DNA from: Rhodobacter capsulatus SB 1003
Lineage (GTDB): Bacteria; Pseudomonadota; Alphaproteobacteria; Rhodobacterales; Rhodobacteraceae
DNA: 32,000 bases
Assembly (NCBI RefSeq): GCF_000021865.1
Contig: NC_014034.1
Span: forward strand, 2,460,001 to 2,492,000
Reading direction: 5' to 3'
Shown here: piece after piece, positions 6,981 through 17,894 of the stretch
How the letters are laid out: each line of letters opens with the position of its first letter
How positions within the stretch are numbered: the first letter of the stretch is position 1
Made by a program: the position numbers and the translations under genes
Notes under the pieces: model-generated
What the model was told of the DNA's origin: nothing
What the model saw: only the letters and a program-made list of their open reading frames with translations
Databases searched by the model: none

Positions 6981-8740
6981 TCCGGTGGCGACGCGGCACG
7001 GGCGGTCTGGGGCTGCGGCTGACGGTGATCATGGGGGCGGTGCTGACGCCGCTCGCCGTGGTCAGCTATGCGCAGACCCTGGCCACCGAACGGGCCGCCG
7101 AAAACCGTCTGCGCGCGGCGATCCTGGGCGAGACGCTGATGGCCGCCGCGCCGCAGGTCGATCTGTTGATGCAGGCGCGCGGCACGGCGATGGCGCTGGC
7201 CGCCAGCCTGCCGCAGCTTGCCACCGATCCGGCGGCCTGTTCGGCCTATCTGCGCCATGTCGCGGAAGAGGCGGGCAATGACTATTCCTTTCTCGGCTTC
7301 GTGCCGCTTGACGGGCAGATCCGCTGCGCCTCGACCGGCGCGCCCCATGACCTGAGCGCAAGCGCCTGGCTGGCCGATCTGCGCGAAAATCCGCGCCCGA
7401 AGCTGACCGTGAACCGGGACGGCCCGCTGTCGGGGACCTCGATCCTGAACCTGTCGCTGCCTGTCACCGATAATGCCGGGCGGCTGATCGGCTTTTCCTC
7501 GGTCTCGATGCCGCAATCGGAATTTCAGGCCCGCGGCCTTGCCCCCACCGGCAGCGTCGGGCAGCCGCTGGCCGTGGTCACCTTTGATCCGGCGGGGACG
7601 GTGCTGACGGCGACGAACGGGCTTGAGGCGGCGGCGCAGCTGCTTCCGGCCGGGCATGCGCTGAGCGATCTGGCGGGCGCGCGCGGCGAGAGCTTTCTGG
7701 ACAGGGCCCCCGATGGCCAAAGACATGCCTTCGCCGTCGTGCCGCTCTGGCCGGGCGAGCTTTACCTGTTGTCCTCCTGGCCTGCCGATGCGCTCGACGA
7801 GCCGCGGATCTTGTCGGGCTGGCCGCCCTTTGCCTTTCCGGCGCTGATGTGGGCGGCGAGCCTGGCCGTCGCCTGGATCGCCGCGCACAGCCAGGTGCTG
7901 CGCCAGATCCGGGCGCTGCGGGCCTCGATCACCGCCTTTGCCGAGGGCGAACGCCGCCTGCCGCCGCTGCGGCTGACCGGCGCCGCCAATGAATTGCGCG
8001 ACGTGGCCGAGGCTTACGAGCGGATGACCCGGGCCGTCGTGCAGGACGAGGCGGATCTGGAAAACGTCATTCATCAAAAAGAGGTGCTGCTGCGCGAGGT
8101 GCATCACCGGGTGAAGAACAACCTGCAGCTGATCGCCTCGATCCTGAACATGCAGCTGCGCCGCGCAAGGACCGACGAGGCCCGGGCGGCGATGCGCAAC
8201 GTGCAGGAACGGGTGCTGAGCCTGGCCACGATCCACCGCGAACTTTACCTGACCTCGGGGCAGACCGACATCCGCGCCGATGAACTTTTGCCGCGGATCG
8301 CCGCGCATGTCCTGAAGATCGGCACGACACCCGAGCGGCAGTTTGATCTGGATCTGCGCGTGGACGAGATCCGGCTGGTCCCCGATCAGGCGGTGGCTTT
8401 GGCGCTGTTTCTGGCCGAGGGGCTGGACAAGGCGCTCAAGCACGCCTGGCGCGGGCCGCGCGGCATCGCCGCGGTGGGCGTCAGCTTCATCCGCACCGCC
8501 GAGGGCCCGGTGCTGCTGCGGGTGACGAACACGCTCGCCCCGGAGGGTGCGGTGACCGATCCCGGCCCGATGCTGCCCGCCTCGGACGGGTTCGGCGAAA
8601 AACTGCTGGCGGCCTTTGCCAGCCAGCTTGACGGCAGCTTCAGCCGCGGCCCGGAGGCGGGCCAATACGTGCTGCGGCTGAGCTTCCCCCCGGCCGCGCT
8701 GGAAGCGGGCGAGGAACGCCACCGCCGCGCCGAACCCTGA
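6977..8740 (+). CDS. PhyK-like sensor histidine kinase, HWE/HisKA_2 family, with a periplasmic sensor domain (587 aa)
   Basis: ATG 6977 overlaps the ecfG stop as ATGA. It has two TM segments flanking a region of about 270 aa. The H-box is [26 protein letters not shown], followed by an ATPase domain. Confidence 0.8.
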   Translation: MIRWRRGTGGLGLRLTVIMGAVLTPLAVVSYAQTLATERAAENRLRAAILGETLMAAAPQVDLLMQARGTAMALAASLPQLATDPAACSAYLRHVAEEAGNDYSFLGFVPLDGQIRCASTGAPHDLSASAWLADLRENPRPKLTVNRDGPLSGTSILNLSLPVTDNAGRLIGFSSVSMPQSEFQARGLAPTGSVGQPLAVVTFDPAGTVLTATNGLEAAAQLLPAGHALSDLAGARGESFLDRAPDGQRHAFAVVPLWPGELYLLSSWPADALDEPRILSGWPPFAFPALMWAASLAVAWIAAHSQVLRQIRALRASITAFAEGERRLPPLRLTGAANELRDVAEAYERMTRAVVQDEADLENVIHQKEVLLREVHHRVKNNLQLIASILNMQLRRARTDEARAAMRNVQERVLSLATIHRELYLTSGQTDIRADELLPRIAAHVLKIGTTPERQFDLDLRVDEIRLVPDQAVALALFLAEGLDKALKHAWRGPRGIAAVGVSFIRTAEGPVLLRVTNTLAPEGAVTDPGPMLPASDGFGEKLLAAFASQLDGSFSRGPEAGQYVLRLSFPPAALEAGEERHRRAEP

Positions 8741-8743
8741 TCG

Positions 8744-8768
8744 GGAACCCGAAGGCCGTTCGTGCGTT
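8744..8768 (+). promoter_or_regulatory. EcfG-type promoter for the DUF1328 gene
   Basis: GGAAC (8744-8748), a 16-nt spacer, then CGTT (8765-8768). It starts 4 nt after the kinase stop and ends 64 nt before ATG 8832. Confidence 0.6.
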
Positions 8769-8831
8769 CACTTCCCACGGGCGTCAGGGCACGGCGCCCC
8801 GGCAAAACCACCACATCACGGGAGAGATATC

Positions 8832-9005
8832 ATGCTGGGTTGGGCCGTGACATTCATGGTGCTGGCGCTGATCGCCGGTGCGCTTGGCTTTGGCGGGATC
8901 GCGGGGGCCTCGGCCTCGATCGCGCAACTCCTCTTCGTGCTGTTCCTGATCCTGTTCGTCGTGGCGCTGATCGCGCGTGCCCTGCGCGGCCAGCCGCCGG
9001 TCTGA
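8832..9005 (+). CDS. DUF1328 (UPF0391) small membrane protein, 57 aa; below the ORF-track size cutoff
   Basis: My own translation gives [57 protein letters not shown], with a GGGAGAG RBS. The FGG(I/V)AG core is typical of DUF1328. Confidence 0.8.
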   Translation: MLGWAVTFMVLALIAGALGFGGIAGASASIAQLLFVLFLILFVVALIARALRGQPPV

Positions 9006-9029
9006 ACCGGCAAGGAGCATTGCGAAGAG

Positions 9030-9060
9030 CGCCCCCCCCGGCCCCCCGGGGGGGCGTTTT
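9030..9060. terminator. C-run/G-run hairpin plus TTTT shared by the convergent DUF1328 and kinase genes
   Basis: CGCCCCCCC pairs with GGGGGGGCG in a 9-bp stem, followed by TTTT (9057-9060). The last T is the first base of the minus-strand kinase stop codon (9060-9062). Confidence 0.6.
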
Positions 9061-10067
9061 CATCCGGCGACGCCCAGCGGAAAGCGCAGCGCCACCCGGG
9101 TTCCGCCGCCCTCGCGGCGCGAAAATTCAAGCGTGCCGTTCAGTTGCGCGCTGAACTGCTGCGCCAGCCGCAGCCCGAGACTGCTGGCCGTCGTCGCATC
9201 GAACCCCTCGGGCAAGCCGCGTCCGTCGTCCAGAATGTCAAGCTCTGCCATGCCCCCCGCCACCCGCGTGCGCAAGGTGACGGTGAGCCGCCCGCACGCG
9301 GGCAGGGCATGTTCCAGCGCATTCGACACCATCTCGACCGCGATCAGCGCCACCGGGCTGGCCTGATCGGCGGGAACCGGCAGCGGCTCCAGATCGAACT
9401 CGAGCCTGACCCGGTCCTGCAGTGTTGCCCCCGCCACGATCTCGGGCAGGGTCGCGCGCATCAGCGCCCCGATCTCGGTCACCTGTCGCGCCGGGTCATG
9501 CAACTGCCGCTGCACGGCGGCGATCACCCCCAGCCGCGAGGCCGCCGCCCGCAGCGCCTGCCGCCCCTCGGGGTCGCGCATCTTGCGCTCCTCCATCCGC
9601 AAGATCGCGCCGATCACCTGCAGGTTGTTCGACACCCGGTGCTGAAGTTCGTGGAACATCAGCCGGTTCTGCTCGGCCATCTGCGCCGAGGCCGCCCGTT
9701 CAAGATCCAGCTTGCGCAGCGCCACGCGCATCAGATGGATCAGCAGCAATCCCGTCGCGACGATGAAGCCGTAAAAGGTCATCGCCACCAGATCGGGGCC
9801 GGACGGCGCCCGCAGGCCGCCGGGGGTGACGAAAAACGCATAGGCCACCCCGCCCGACACCAGCGCGGTCAGAATGCCCGCGCGGGTCGACAGGAAAAAC
9901 CCGACAAGGAAGACAAGCGGAAAGAAGGTCAGGAACGGGTAGCCGGGGGGCAGGCTGCCCTCGAGCGCGAAGCGCAGCGCAAAGGCAAGGGAAAAGGCAA
10001 GGGCGCTGCCCCCCCATTCGACAGTCGGGCCGCGCGGTCGGTTGGTCAGGGCACGCAGGAGTTTCAT
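9060..10067 (-). CDS. Membrane-anchored HisKA_2/HWE-type histidine kinase (DUF4118-like N-terminal TM domain; 335 aa from ATG 10067)
   Basis: The H-box is NRLMFHELQHRVSNNLQVIGAILRMEE, followed by an ATPase domain (VALIAVEMVSNALEHA...DDGRGLP). The start is uncertain: ATG 10067 (MKLLRAL...) or TTG 10094. Confidence 0.8.
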   Translation of the reverse strand: MKLLRALTNRPRGPTVEWGGSALAFSLAFALRFALEGSLPPGYPFLTFFPLVFLVGFFLSTRAGILTALVSGGVAYAFFVTPGGLRAPSGPDLVAMTFYGFIVATGLLLIHLMRVALRKLDLERAASAQMAEQNRLMFHELQHRVSNNLQVIGAILRMEERKMRDPEGRQALRAAASRLGVIAAVQRQLHDPARQVTEIGALMRATLPEIVAGATLQDRVRLEFDLEPLPVPADQASPVALIAVEMVSNALEHALPACGRLTVTLRTRVAGGMAELDILDDGRGLPEGFDATTASSLGLRLAQQFSAQLNGTLEFSRREGGGTRVALRFPLGVAG

Positions 10068-10252
10068 TTCACCAATCGAAAGATGTTTCCGCAATGCTTA
10101 TTCAGCTTCGCGGGAAAGTAAATGCATTGCGTGCCGCCGGGTCATCGGAGGGCCTGGCTTCGGCGCGGGGACGTTGATGACGCGCGGGCGCCAAAGGAAC
10201 GCGCCCGGATCAACGCCGCCCGCGCGCAAACCCGGGTGTTGATGAAACCAAA

Positions 10253-10271
10253 GGGGGGGGCCCTGCCCCCC
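10253..10271 (-). terminator. Terminator of proB (G-run/C-run hairpin)
   Basis: Minus strand reads GGGGGGC-agg-GCCCCCC followed by CCTTTGGTTTC. It begins 13 nt after the proB stop. Confidence 0.55.
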
Positions 10272-10283
10272 TCTGCCCCGGCC

Positions 10284-12590
<2,307 letters not shown>

Positions 12591-12597
12591 GCCCTTG

Positions 12598-13110
12598 TCA
12601 GCCTGCGCAGGCGGCGTCAAAGGCGGCGCGGCTCAGTTTCAGTTCCACATGCGGCAGGATCGCATCGAGCGCGAGCGACGGGACACGAGAGCGGCCGATC
12701 TCGCGAAAACCGAGCTTCGCCAGCACGCGGGCCGAACGGGCATTGCCCTCGAAATAGCCCGCGCGCACCGGCTCGGCGGCGGCAGAACGGAAATGCGCCG
12801 CCAGAACCGCCCGGGCGGCCTCGCTGGCAAAGCCCTGCCCCCAGGCCGGACGCGCCAGCCAATAGCCGAACTGGCCCTGCAGCCCGATCATGCCAAGAAA
12901 CGCATCGTCGCGGCAGATCACCCAGCGCGCCGCGGGCACGGGATCGGCCAGAAAGGCGCGGAAATCCCCGGCCCCATAGGGCCAGGGCACGGGGGCAAGC
13001 CAGCGCACCACTTCGAAATCCGAGAGCGCCGCGACACAGGCGGCCTCATCCTCGGCCGCAAGCGGGCGCAGCGCCAGCCGGTCAGTTGCCAGATGCGCGG
13101 GCAGGCTCAC
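12598..13110 (-). CDS. GNAT family N-acetyltransferase (170 aa)
   Basis: GTG 13110 overlaps the upstream GNAT stop as GTGA. LRPLAAEDEAA...GYWLARPAWGQGFASEAARAVL...NARSARVLAKLGF is the acetyl-CoA binding core. Confidence 0.8.
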   Translation of the reverse strand: MSLPAHLATDRLALRPLAAEDEAACVAALSDFEVVRWLAPVPWPYGAGDFRAFLADPVPAARWVICRDDAFLGMIGLQGQFGYWLARPAWGQGFASEAARAVLAAHFRSAAAEPVRAGYFEGNARSARVLAKLGFREIGRSRVPSLALDAILPHVELKLSRAAFDAACAG

Positions 13111-13646
13111 CCGAGTTTCTTGACATAGGTCCAGGTCGGCACGCGCGCATTGCGCGCCAGCGACCAGGCCTCGGCATCGCCCAGATAGGCAAAGCCGTTA
13201 TGGGTCAGGACCCGGGCCGAGCCGGGGCTGTCCTGGAAAACCTCGGCGATCAGCGTGCGGGCGCGATGCGGATTGGCCGCGATCAGCGCCGCCACCGCCT
13301 CCGAGGCGAAGCCGGTGTTCCAGAACCCCGGGCCGACCCAGAAGCCGACCTCGGATTGCGCGCCCTCGTGACGGGTGAGCGAGACAAGCCCGAGCACCTC
13401 GGCCAGACCATGCGCCGAGCCGTCCAGAGCCCAGACGTCTTCGCTGCGGGTCTCGGCCATGGCGCGGGCGATGAAATTCTCGGTCGTGCCCGGCGGAAGC
13501 GGATGCGGAATCGCGCGGGTGCCCTCGGCCAGCCGCTTGTCGGCGGTATACATGGAAATCAACCCGGCATCGGAACGACGCAACGGGCGCAGGATGAACC
13601 GCTCGGCCTCGATCACCGGCTGGTTGGATATGGTCGTCTGAAACAT
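13107..13646 (-). CDS. GNAT family N-acetyltransferase, RimJ/RimL-like (179 aa)
   Basis: ATG 13646 with a GAGGAG RBS. FILRPLRRSDAGLI...GFWVGPGFWNTGFASEAVAALI...GSARVLTHNGF. Confidence 0.8.
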   Translation of the reverse strand: MFQTTISNQPVIEAERFILRPLRRSDAGLISMYTADKRLAEGTRAIPHPLPPGTTENFIARAMAETRSEDVWALDGSAHGLAEVLGLVSLTRHEGAQSEVGFWVGPGFWNTGFASEAVAALIAANPHRARTLIAEVFQDSPGSARVLTHNGFAYLGDAEAWSLARNARVPTWTYVKKLG

Positions 13647-13800
13647 CGCGTTCTCCTCAAACGCCGGCCTTTTGGCCCTTTAACCTTGAAAATCGACAGC
13701 CGTATGACGGGACTTGGGCATCCCCCCGGCTGATGTCAACTGCGACCGCTTGGCCCACCGCCCTCCCCGCGACGGCCCGACGGACGCGACACTCGGAACG

Positions 13801-13833
13801 AAAAGGGGGACCGGCCTGTGGCCGATCCCCCCC
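13801..13833 (-). terminator. Rho-independent terminator of rplU-rpmA
   Basis: Minus strand reads GGGGGATCGGCC-aca-GGCCGGTCCCCC (11 bp, 1 mismatch) followed by TTTTCGTT. It lies about 25 nt after the rpmA stop. Confidence 0.7.
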
Positions 13834-13858
13834 AAACTGATCCGGGTTCCGGTTCGGC

Positions 13859-14128
13859 TTACTCGGCGGCCTCCGCGACCGGGAGAACCGAAACGAAAGT
13901 GCGGCCCTTGAGGCCCTTCTTGTAGGTCACCTTGCCTTCGACGACGGCAAAGAGCGTGTGGTCCCGGCCCATCATGACGCCTTCGCCCGGCCACCAGGTG
14001 GTGCCGCGCTGACGGATGATGATGTTGCCCGGAATGGCCGCCTGGCCACCGTAGAGTTTCACGCCAAGGCGACGACCGGCAGAGTCGCGGCCGTTACGGG
14101 AAGAACCGCCAGCTTTCTTGTGTGCCAT
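13859..14128 (-). CDS. rpmA: 50S ribosomal protein L27
   Basis: [48 protein letters not shown]... is unmistakably L27. Confidence 0.95.
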   Translation of the reverse strand: MAHKKAGGSSRNGRDSAGRRLGVKLYGGQAAIPGNIIIRQRGTTWWPGEGVMMGRDHTLFAVVEGKVTYKKGLKGRTFVSVLPVAEAAE

Positions 14129-14134
14129 GGGGGA

Positions 14135-14581
14135 TTACTCCTGAGCTTCAGCGGCTTTTTTCGCACGCTTCGGTTTCGCGGGGGCTTCGGCCGGGGCGGC
14201 CGCGCCATGGGCGGCACGACGGGCTTCGGCGGTGCCCACGGCTTCCTTCACGCCCGAGGTTTCGGCGCCCGAGGCGAGAACCTCGGTCACGCGCAGCAGC
14301 GTCAGTTGCTGACGGTGCCCACGGGTGCGCTGCGACGAATGTTTCCGGCGGCGCTTGTGGAAGGTGATGACCTTGTCGGCCTTGATGGTGTCGATGACTT
14401 CGGCGACCACGGCGGCACCGGCCACGGTGGGGGCGCCGACGGTCACGGCCTCGCCGCCGACCATCAGGATCTCGTTGAACTGGACTTTTTCACCAGCCAC
14501 GGCGGCAATCAGTTCCACGCGCAGCACGTCGCCCGCCTGAACCTTGTATTGCTTGCCGCCAGTCTTGAGGACCGCAAACAT
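14135..14581 (-). CDS. rplU: 50S ribosomal protein L21 with an Ala/Lys-rich C-terminal extension (148 aa)
   Basis: MFAVLKTGGKQYKVQAGDVLRVE...KADKVITFHKRRRKHSSQRTRGHRQQLTLLRVTEV. The tail is ...AAPAEAPAKPKRAKKAAEAQE. Confidence 0.93.
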   Translation of the reverse strand: MFAVLKTGGKQYKVQAGDVLRVELIAAVAGEKVQFNEILMVGGEAVTVGAPTVAGAAVVAEVIDTIKADKVITFHKRRRKHSSQRTRGHRQQLTLLRVTEVLASGAETSGVKEAVGTAEARRAAHGAAAPAEAPAKPKRAKKAAEAQE

Positions 14582-14732
14582 GCGTTCTTCCCTTTTTCAG
14601 CCGCGTCCTGTGGCCTCCGGAGCCATCGGCCCCTTGCGGAGTTTGTGGTTTCCCGCCTCGGACAGCGCACCCCATCGGGTGTTGTTGCAAATGAGACCCG
14701 GGCGGAGAGCAGACTCACCGCCGGGCCTCGCG

Positions 14733-14761
14733 CTTATGCGGACGGAACGCCGGGCTGTCAA
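14733..14761 (-). promoter_or_regulatory. Candidate sigma70-type promoter of rplU-rpmA
   Basis: Minus strand reads TTGACA (14761-14756), a 17-nt spacer, then CATAAG (14738-14733). This predicts a leader of about 145 nt. Confidence 0.45.
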
Positions 14762-14815
14762 GGAATTTCGGGGTTTCCCGGACCCGATCCGCGGCGCGGG
14801 GGAATTTCGCCTCGC

Positions 14816-14936
14816 TCCCCCGGGATATTTCCCCCAAGGTGACAGGAAACCGCGGCCCCCCCCACCCGAACGGCCCGGCTTTTCCTTGGCCAAATACGCA
14901 AGGCGGGGGGTGCGGGGGGGCGCAGCCCCCCGCGGG
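14816..14936. repeat. Nested-palindrome intergenic element, copy B (decayed, enlarged centre)
   Basis: CCCCCGGGATATTT (14817-14830); CAAGGTGA (14835-14842); a 41-nt centre; CCTTGG (14884-14889); AAATA (14892-14896); GGGGGGGCGCAGCCCCCC (14914-14931). The right CCCGGG box is lost. Confidence 0.6.
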
Positions 14937-14962
14937 TCGCCTCGGGCTTGCCCGAGGCGACA

Positions 14963-16462
14963 TCAGCCCTTCGGTTTCGAGGGCAGGCCCTTGTCCTTGC
15001 GTGCGGCGTGTTTCTTCGCCTCGACGTGCTTCGTCAGCCGCGAGGGGATCGACTTCTTGCGTTCCTTGTAGGGGTTGGTGCTGCCCTGATCGCGGAAATA
15101 AAGCCGAATCGGCGTGCCCGGCATGTCGAAATCGGCGCGCAGCCCGTTCACCAGATAGCGGCTGTAGCTTTCCGGGATCTGGTCGGTATGGGTCGCCTTG
15201 ATCACGAATCCCGGCGGCCGGGTCTTTGCCTGGGTGATGTAGCGCAGCTTGATCCGGCGCCCGCCCGGCGCGGGCGGCGGGTGCGCCTCGGTCATCGCGC
15301 CCAGCCAGTTGTTCAGCTTCGCCGTCGAAATCCGCCGGTTCCAGACCTCATAGGCCTTCAGGATCGCATTGTGCAGCCGGTCAAGCCCCTTGCCGGTCTT
15401 GGCCGAGACCGTCACCAGCGGCGCCCCGCGCAGCTGCGGCAGAAGCCGCTCGAAATTCTCGCGCAGCTCCTTCAGCTTTTCGGTCTTCTCTTCTTCCAGA
15501 TCCCATTTGTTCGCCGCCACGACGACCGCCCGCCCCTCGGTTTCGGCAAAATCGGCAATCCGCAGATCCTGCACCTCGAAGGGGATGTTCACATCCAAAA
15601 GCACGACGACGACCTCGGCAAAGCGCACCGCGCGCAGACCGTCGGCGACCGAGAGCTTTTCCAGCTTGTCCGAGACCCGCGCCTTCTTGCGCATCCCCGC
15701 CGTGTCCCAGATCCGCATCGGCGTGCCCATGAAGGTCTTCGTCACCGAAATCGCATCGCGGGTGATGCCCGCTTCGGGGCCGGTCAGCAGCCGATCCTCG
15801 CCCAGGATCTTGTTGATCAGCGTCGATTTCCCGGCATTCGGACGGCCGATCACCGCCAGTTGCAAGGGCCGCGCCTCGGTCGGCATGCGGATGGGCGCGT
15901 CCTCGTCCAGATCCTCGGGCAGATCGACATCCACCTCGGGCATCTGCGCGACGTTCCGCGCCGCAAAGCCATCGGCCAGCGGCTGCAGGATGTCATAAAG
16001 ATCATCAAGCCCCTGCCCGTGTTCGGCCGAAAGCGCGATCGGCTCACCGAGGCCCAGCGACCAGGCCTCCAGCGCCCCCGCCGCCCCCGCATTGCCCTCG
16101 GCCTTGTTGGCCGCCAGGATCACATGGGCGTTCTTCTTGCGCAGGATATCGGCGAAAATCTCGTCGGCGGGGGTCACGCCCACGCGCGCGTCGATCAGGA
16201 ACAGACAGACATCCGCCTCCTCGACCGCGCGTTCGGTCAGACGGCGCATCCGGCCCTGCAGGCTGTCATCCTCGGCCAGTTCAAGCCCGGCCGAATCGAT
16301 CACCACGAAGCGCAGATCGCCCAGACGGGCATCGCCCTCGCGCAGGTCGCGGGTGACGCCGGGCGTGTCGTCCACCAAGGCCAGCCGCTTGCCGACGAGC
16401 CGGTTGAACAGCGTCGATTTGCCCACATTCGGGCGGCCCACGATGGCAAGGGTGAAACTCAT
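14963..16462 (-). CDS. der: Ribosome-associated GTPase Der/EngA (two G domains plus KH-like domain, basic C-terminal tail; 499 aa)
   Basis: [24 protein letters not shown]... is the first G domain and ...[20 protein letters not shown]... is the second. AGGAG RBS. Confidence 0.93.
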   Translation of the reverse strand: MSFTLAIVGRPNVGKSTLFNRLVGKRLALVDDTPGVTRDLREGDARLGDLRFVVIDSAGLELAEDDSLQGRMRRLTERAVEEADVCLFLIDARVGVTPADEIFADILRKKNAHVILAANKAEGNAGAAGALEAWSLGLGEPIALSAEHGQGLDDLYDILQPLADGFAARNVAQMPEVDVDLPEDLDEDAPIRMPTEARPLQLAVIGRPNAGKSTLINKILGEDRLLTGPEAGITRDAISVTKTFMGTPMRIWDTAGMRKKARVSDKLEKLSVADGLRAVRFAEVVVVLLDVNIPFEVQDLRIADFAETEGRAVVVAANKWDLEEEKTEKLKELRENFERLLPQLRGAPLVTVSAKTGKGLDRLHNAILKAYEVWNRRISTAKLNNWLGAMTEAHPPPAPGGRRIKLRYITQAKTRPPGFVIKATHTDQIPESYSRYLVNGLRADFDMPGTPIRLYFRDQGSTNPYKERKKSIPSRLTKHVEAKKHAARKDKGLPSKPKG

Positions 16463-16537
16463 GGCATGCTCCTGTGGCGGCCGAAAGCCCGCCGCGAAAC
16501 CGCCCCCTTACACCGCTTTTCCCGCGACGGAAAGCCC

Positions 16538-17848
16538 TCACCGGAAGGCGAGCAGCTGCCCCTTGCGCGAGACGACATAAAGCGTCTGCCCGGCGACGAT
16601 CGCATCGGTGGCCGCCCCGCCCGGCAGATCGGCCTGCCCCAGCAGCGCCCCCGAGGCCGGATCGAAGCTGCGCACCAGCCCGTCCGAGGACACCACGAAC
16701 AGCCGGTTGCCCGCCAGAACGGGGCCAAGGTTGACGTGGATCTCCTGCTGCTTCTTGATCTTGTCCTTGACGTAATAGGGCAGATCCTGCTTCCAGACCG
16801 TCGCCCCCGTGGCCGCATCCAGCCGCACCAGCTGCGCCTGATCGGAAATCAGGAAGACGGCATTGCCCGCCACCTGCACCGGGCTGACGGCGCCCTCATC
16901 GGCGGTCCAGCGGGTCTCGCCCGTCAGCGCGTCAAAGGCACCAAGCTTGCCCGCCGAGGATCCGGCATAGACCGTGTCCCCCATCACCACCGGATCGCCG
17001 GTCAGATCCGAGACGATCGCATAGCCGCGCCCGGGGCGCCCGCCCGCCACCTGCGCGCGCCAGACGGGAAGGCCGGTCGCCCGCTCCACCGCCAGCATCT
17101 GCCCGGTCGCAAAGGGGAAAATCACGAATTTTCCGGCAATCGCCGGGGCCGAAACGCCCGAGACCCCCGCCGCCGCCGGCGTGCCCGCGACCTGCCAGAT
17201 CACCTTGCCATCCTGCGCATCGATCGCCCAGGCCGAGCCGTCGCGCGCCAGCGCATAGACGACGCCCTCGGCCACGACGGGGGCGCCGCCGACGCCCGCG
17301 TCGAAATCCTGCCGCCAGATCACCTTGCCCGTGGCCGCCTCGAGCGCCACAAGCTCGGCAAAGCCGGTGGTGACGAAGACCCGTCCGCCCTCGACCGCAA
17401 GCCCCGCGCCGGTGGCATCGTCGTCGCGATCGCCCGGACGCACGACATCGGTCGCCCAAAGCGTCGCGCCATTGGTGCCGGTCGCGGTCAGCCGGGCGCG
17501 GCTGTCCAGCGTGAAGATGCGCCCGCCCGCCGCCACCGGGGCGGCGGCGATTCGATAGCGCTGCGATTGCCCCTGCCCGACCGGCGCCGACCAGACCAGC
17601 GTCTGCGCAGGGCCCAAAGCGGCATTGACCAGATCATGCCGCGCGCTGCCCGCGCGCTGCGGCCAGTCGGCATTGCCCTGCAGGCGCGGCAGGCTGACCG
17701 GACGGCTTTCGTTCACCGCCGGGGCAGAGGGCGCAGCCCCCTCCAGCACGGCCCGCGGATCCAGCCGCTCGCCTTCCAGATGCACTTCCTTTTCGCAGGC
17801 AGCCAGCACCATGGCGACGCCCAGAACGGCAATCGACGACCTCAGCAT
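16538..17848 (-). CDS. bamB: BamB-like PQQ/beta-propeller lipoprotein (436 aa)
   Basis: ATG 17848. MLRSSIAVLGVAMVLAAC is a lipobox. It has repeated propeller blades (GRIFTLD..., GKVIWRQD..., GATVWKQD...). The yfgM-bamB-der synteny is conserved. Confidence 0.75.
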   Translation of the reverse strand: MLRSSIAVLGVAMVLAACEKEVHLEGERLDPRAVLEGAAPSAPAVNESRPVSLPRLQGNADWPQRAGSARHDLVNAALGPAQTLVWSAPVGQGQSQRYRIAAAPVAAGGRIFTLDSRARLTATGTNGATLWATDVVRPGDRDDDATGAGLAVEGGRVFVTTGFAELVALEAATGKVIWRQDFDAGVGGAPVVAEGVVYALARDGSAWAIDAQDGKVIWQVAGTPAAAGVSGVSAPAIAGKFVIFPFATGQMLAVERATGLPVWRAQVAGGRPGRGYAIVSDLTGDPVVMGDTVYAGSSAGKLGAFDALTGETRWTADEGAVSPVQVAGNAVFLISDQAQLVRLDAATGATVWKQDLPYYVKDKIKKQQEIHVNLGPVLAGNRLFVVSSDGLVRSFDPASGALLGQADLPGGAATDAIVAGQTLYVVSRKGQLLAFR

Positions 17849-17894
17849 CACCGCAAACCCCCTGCCTTCATGTCTTTTCCGCGGCACCGGCGCA

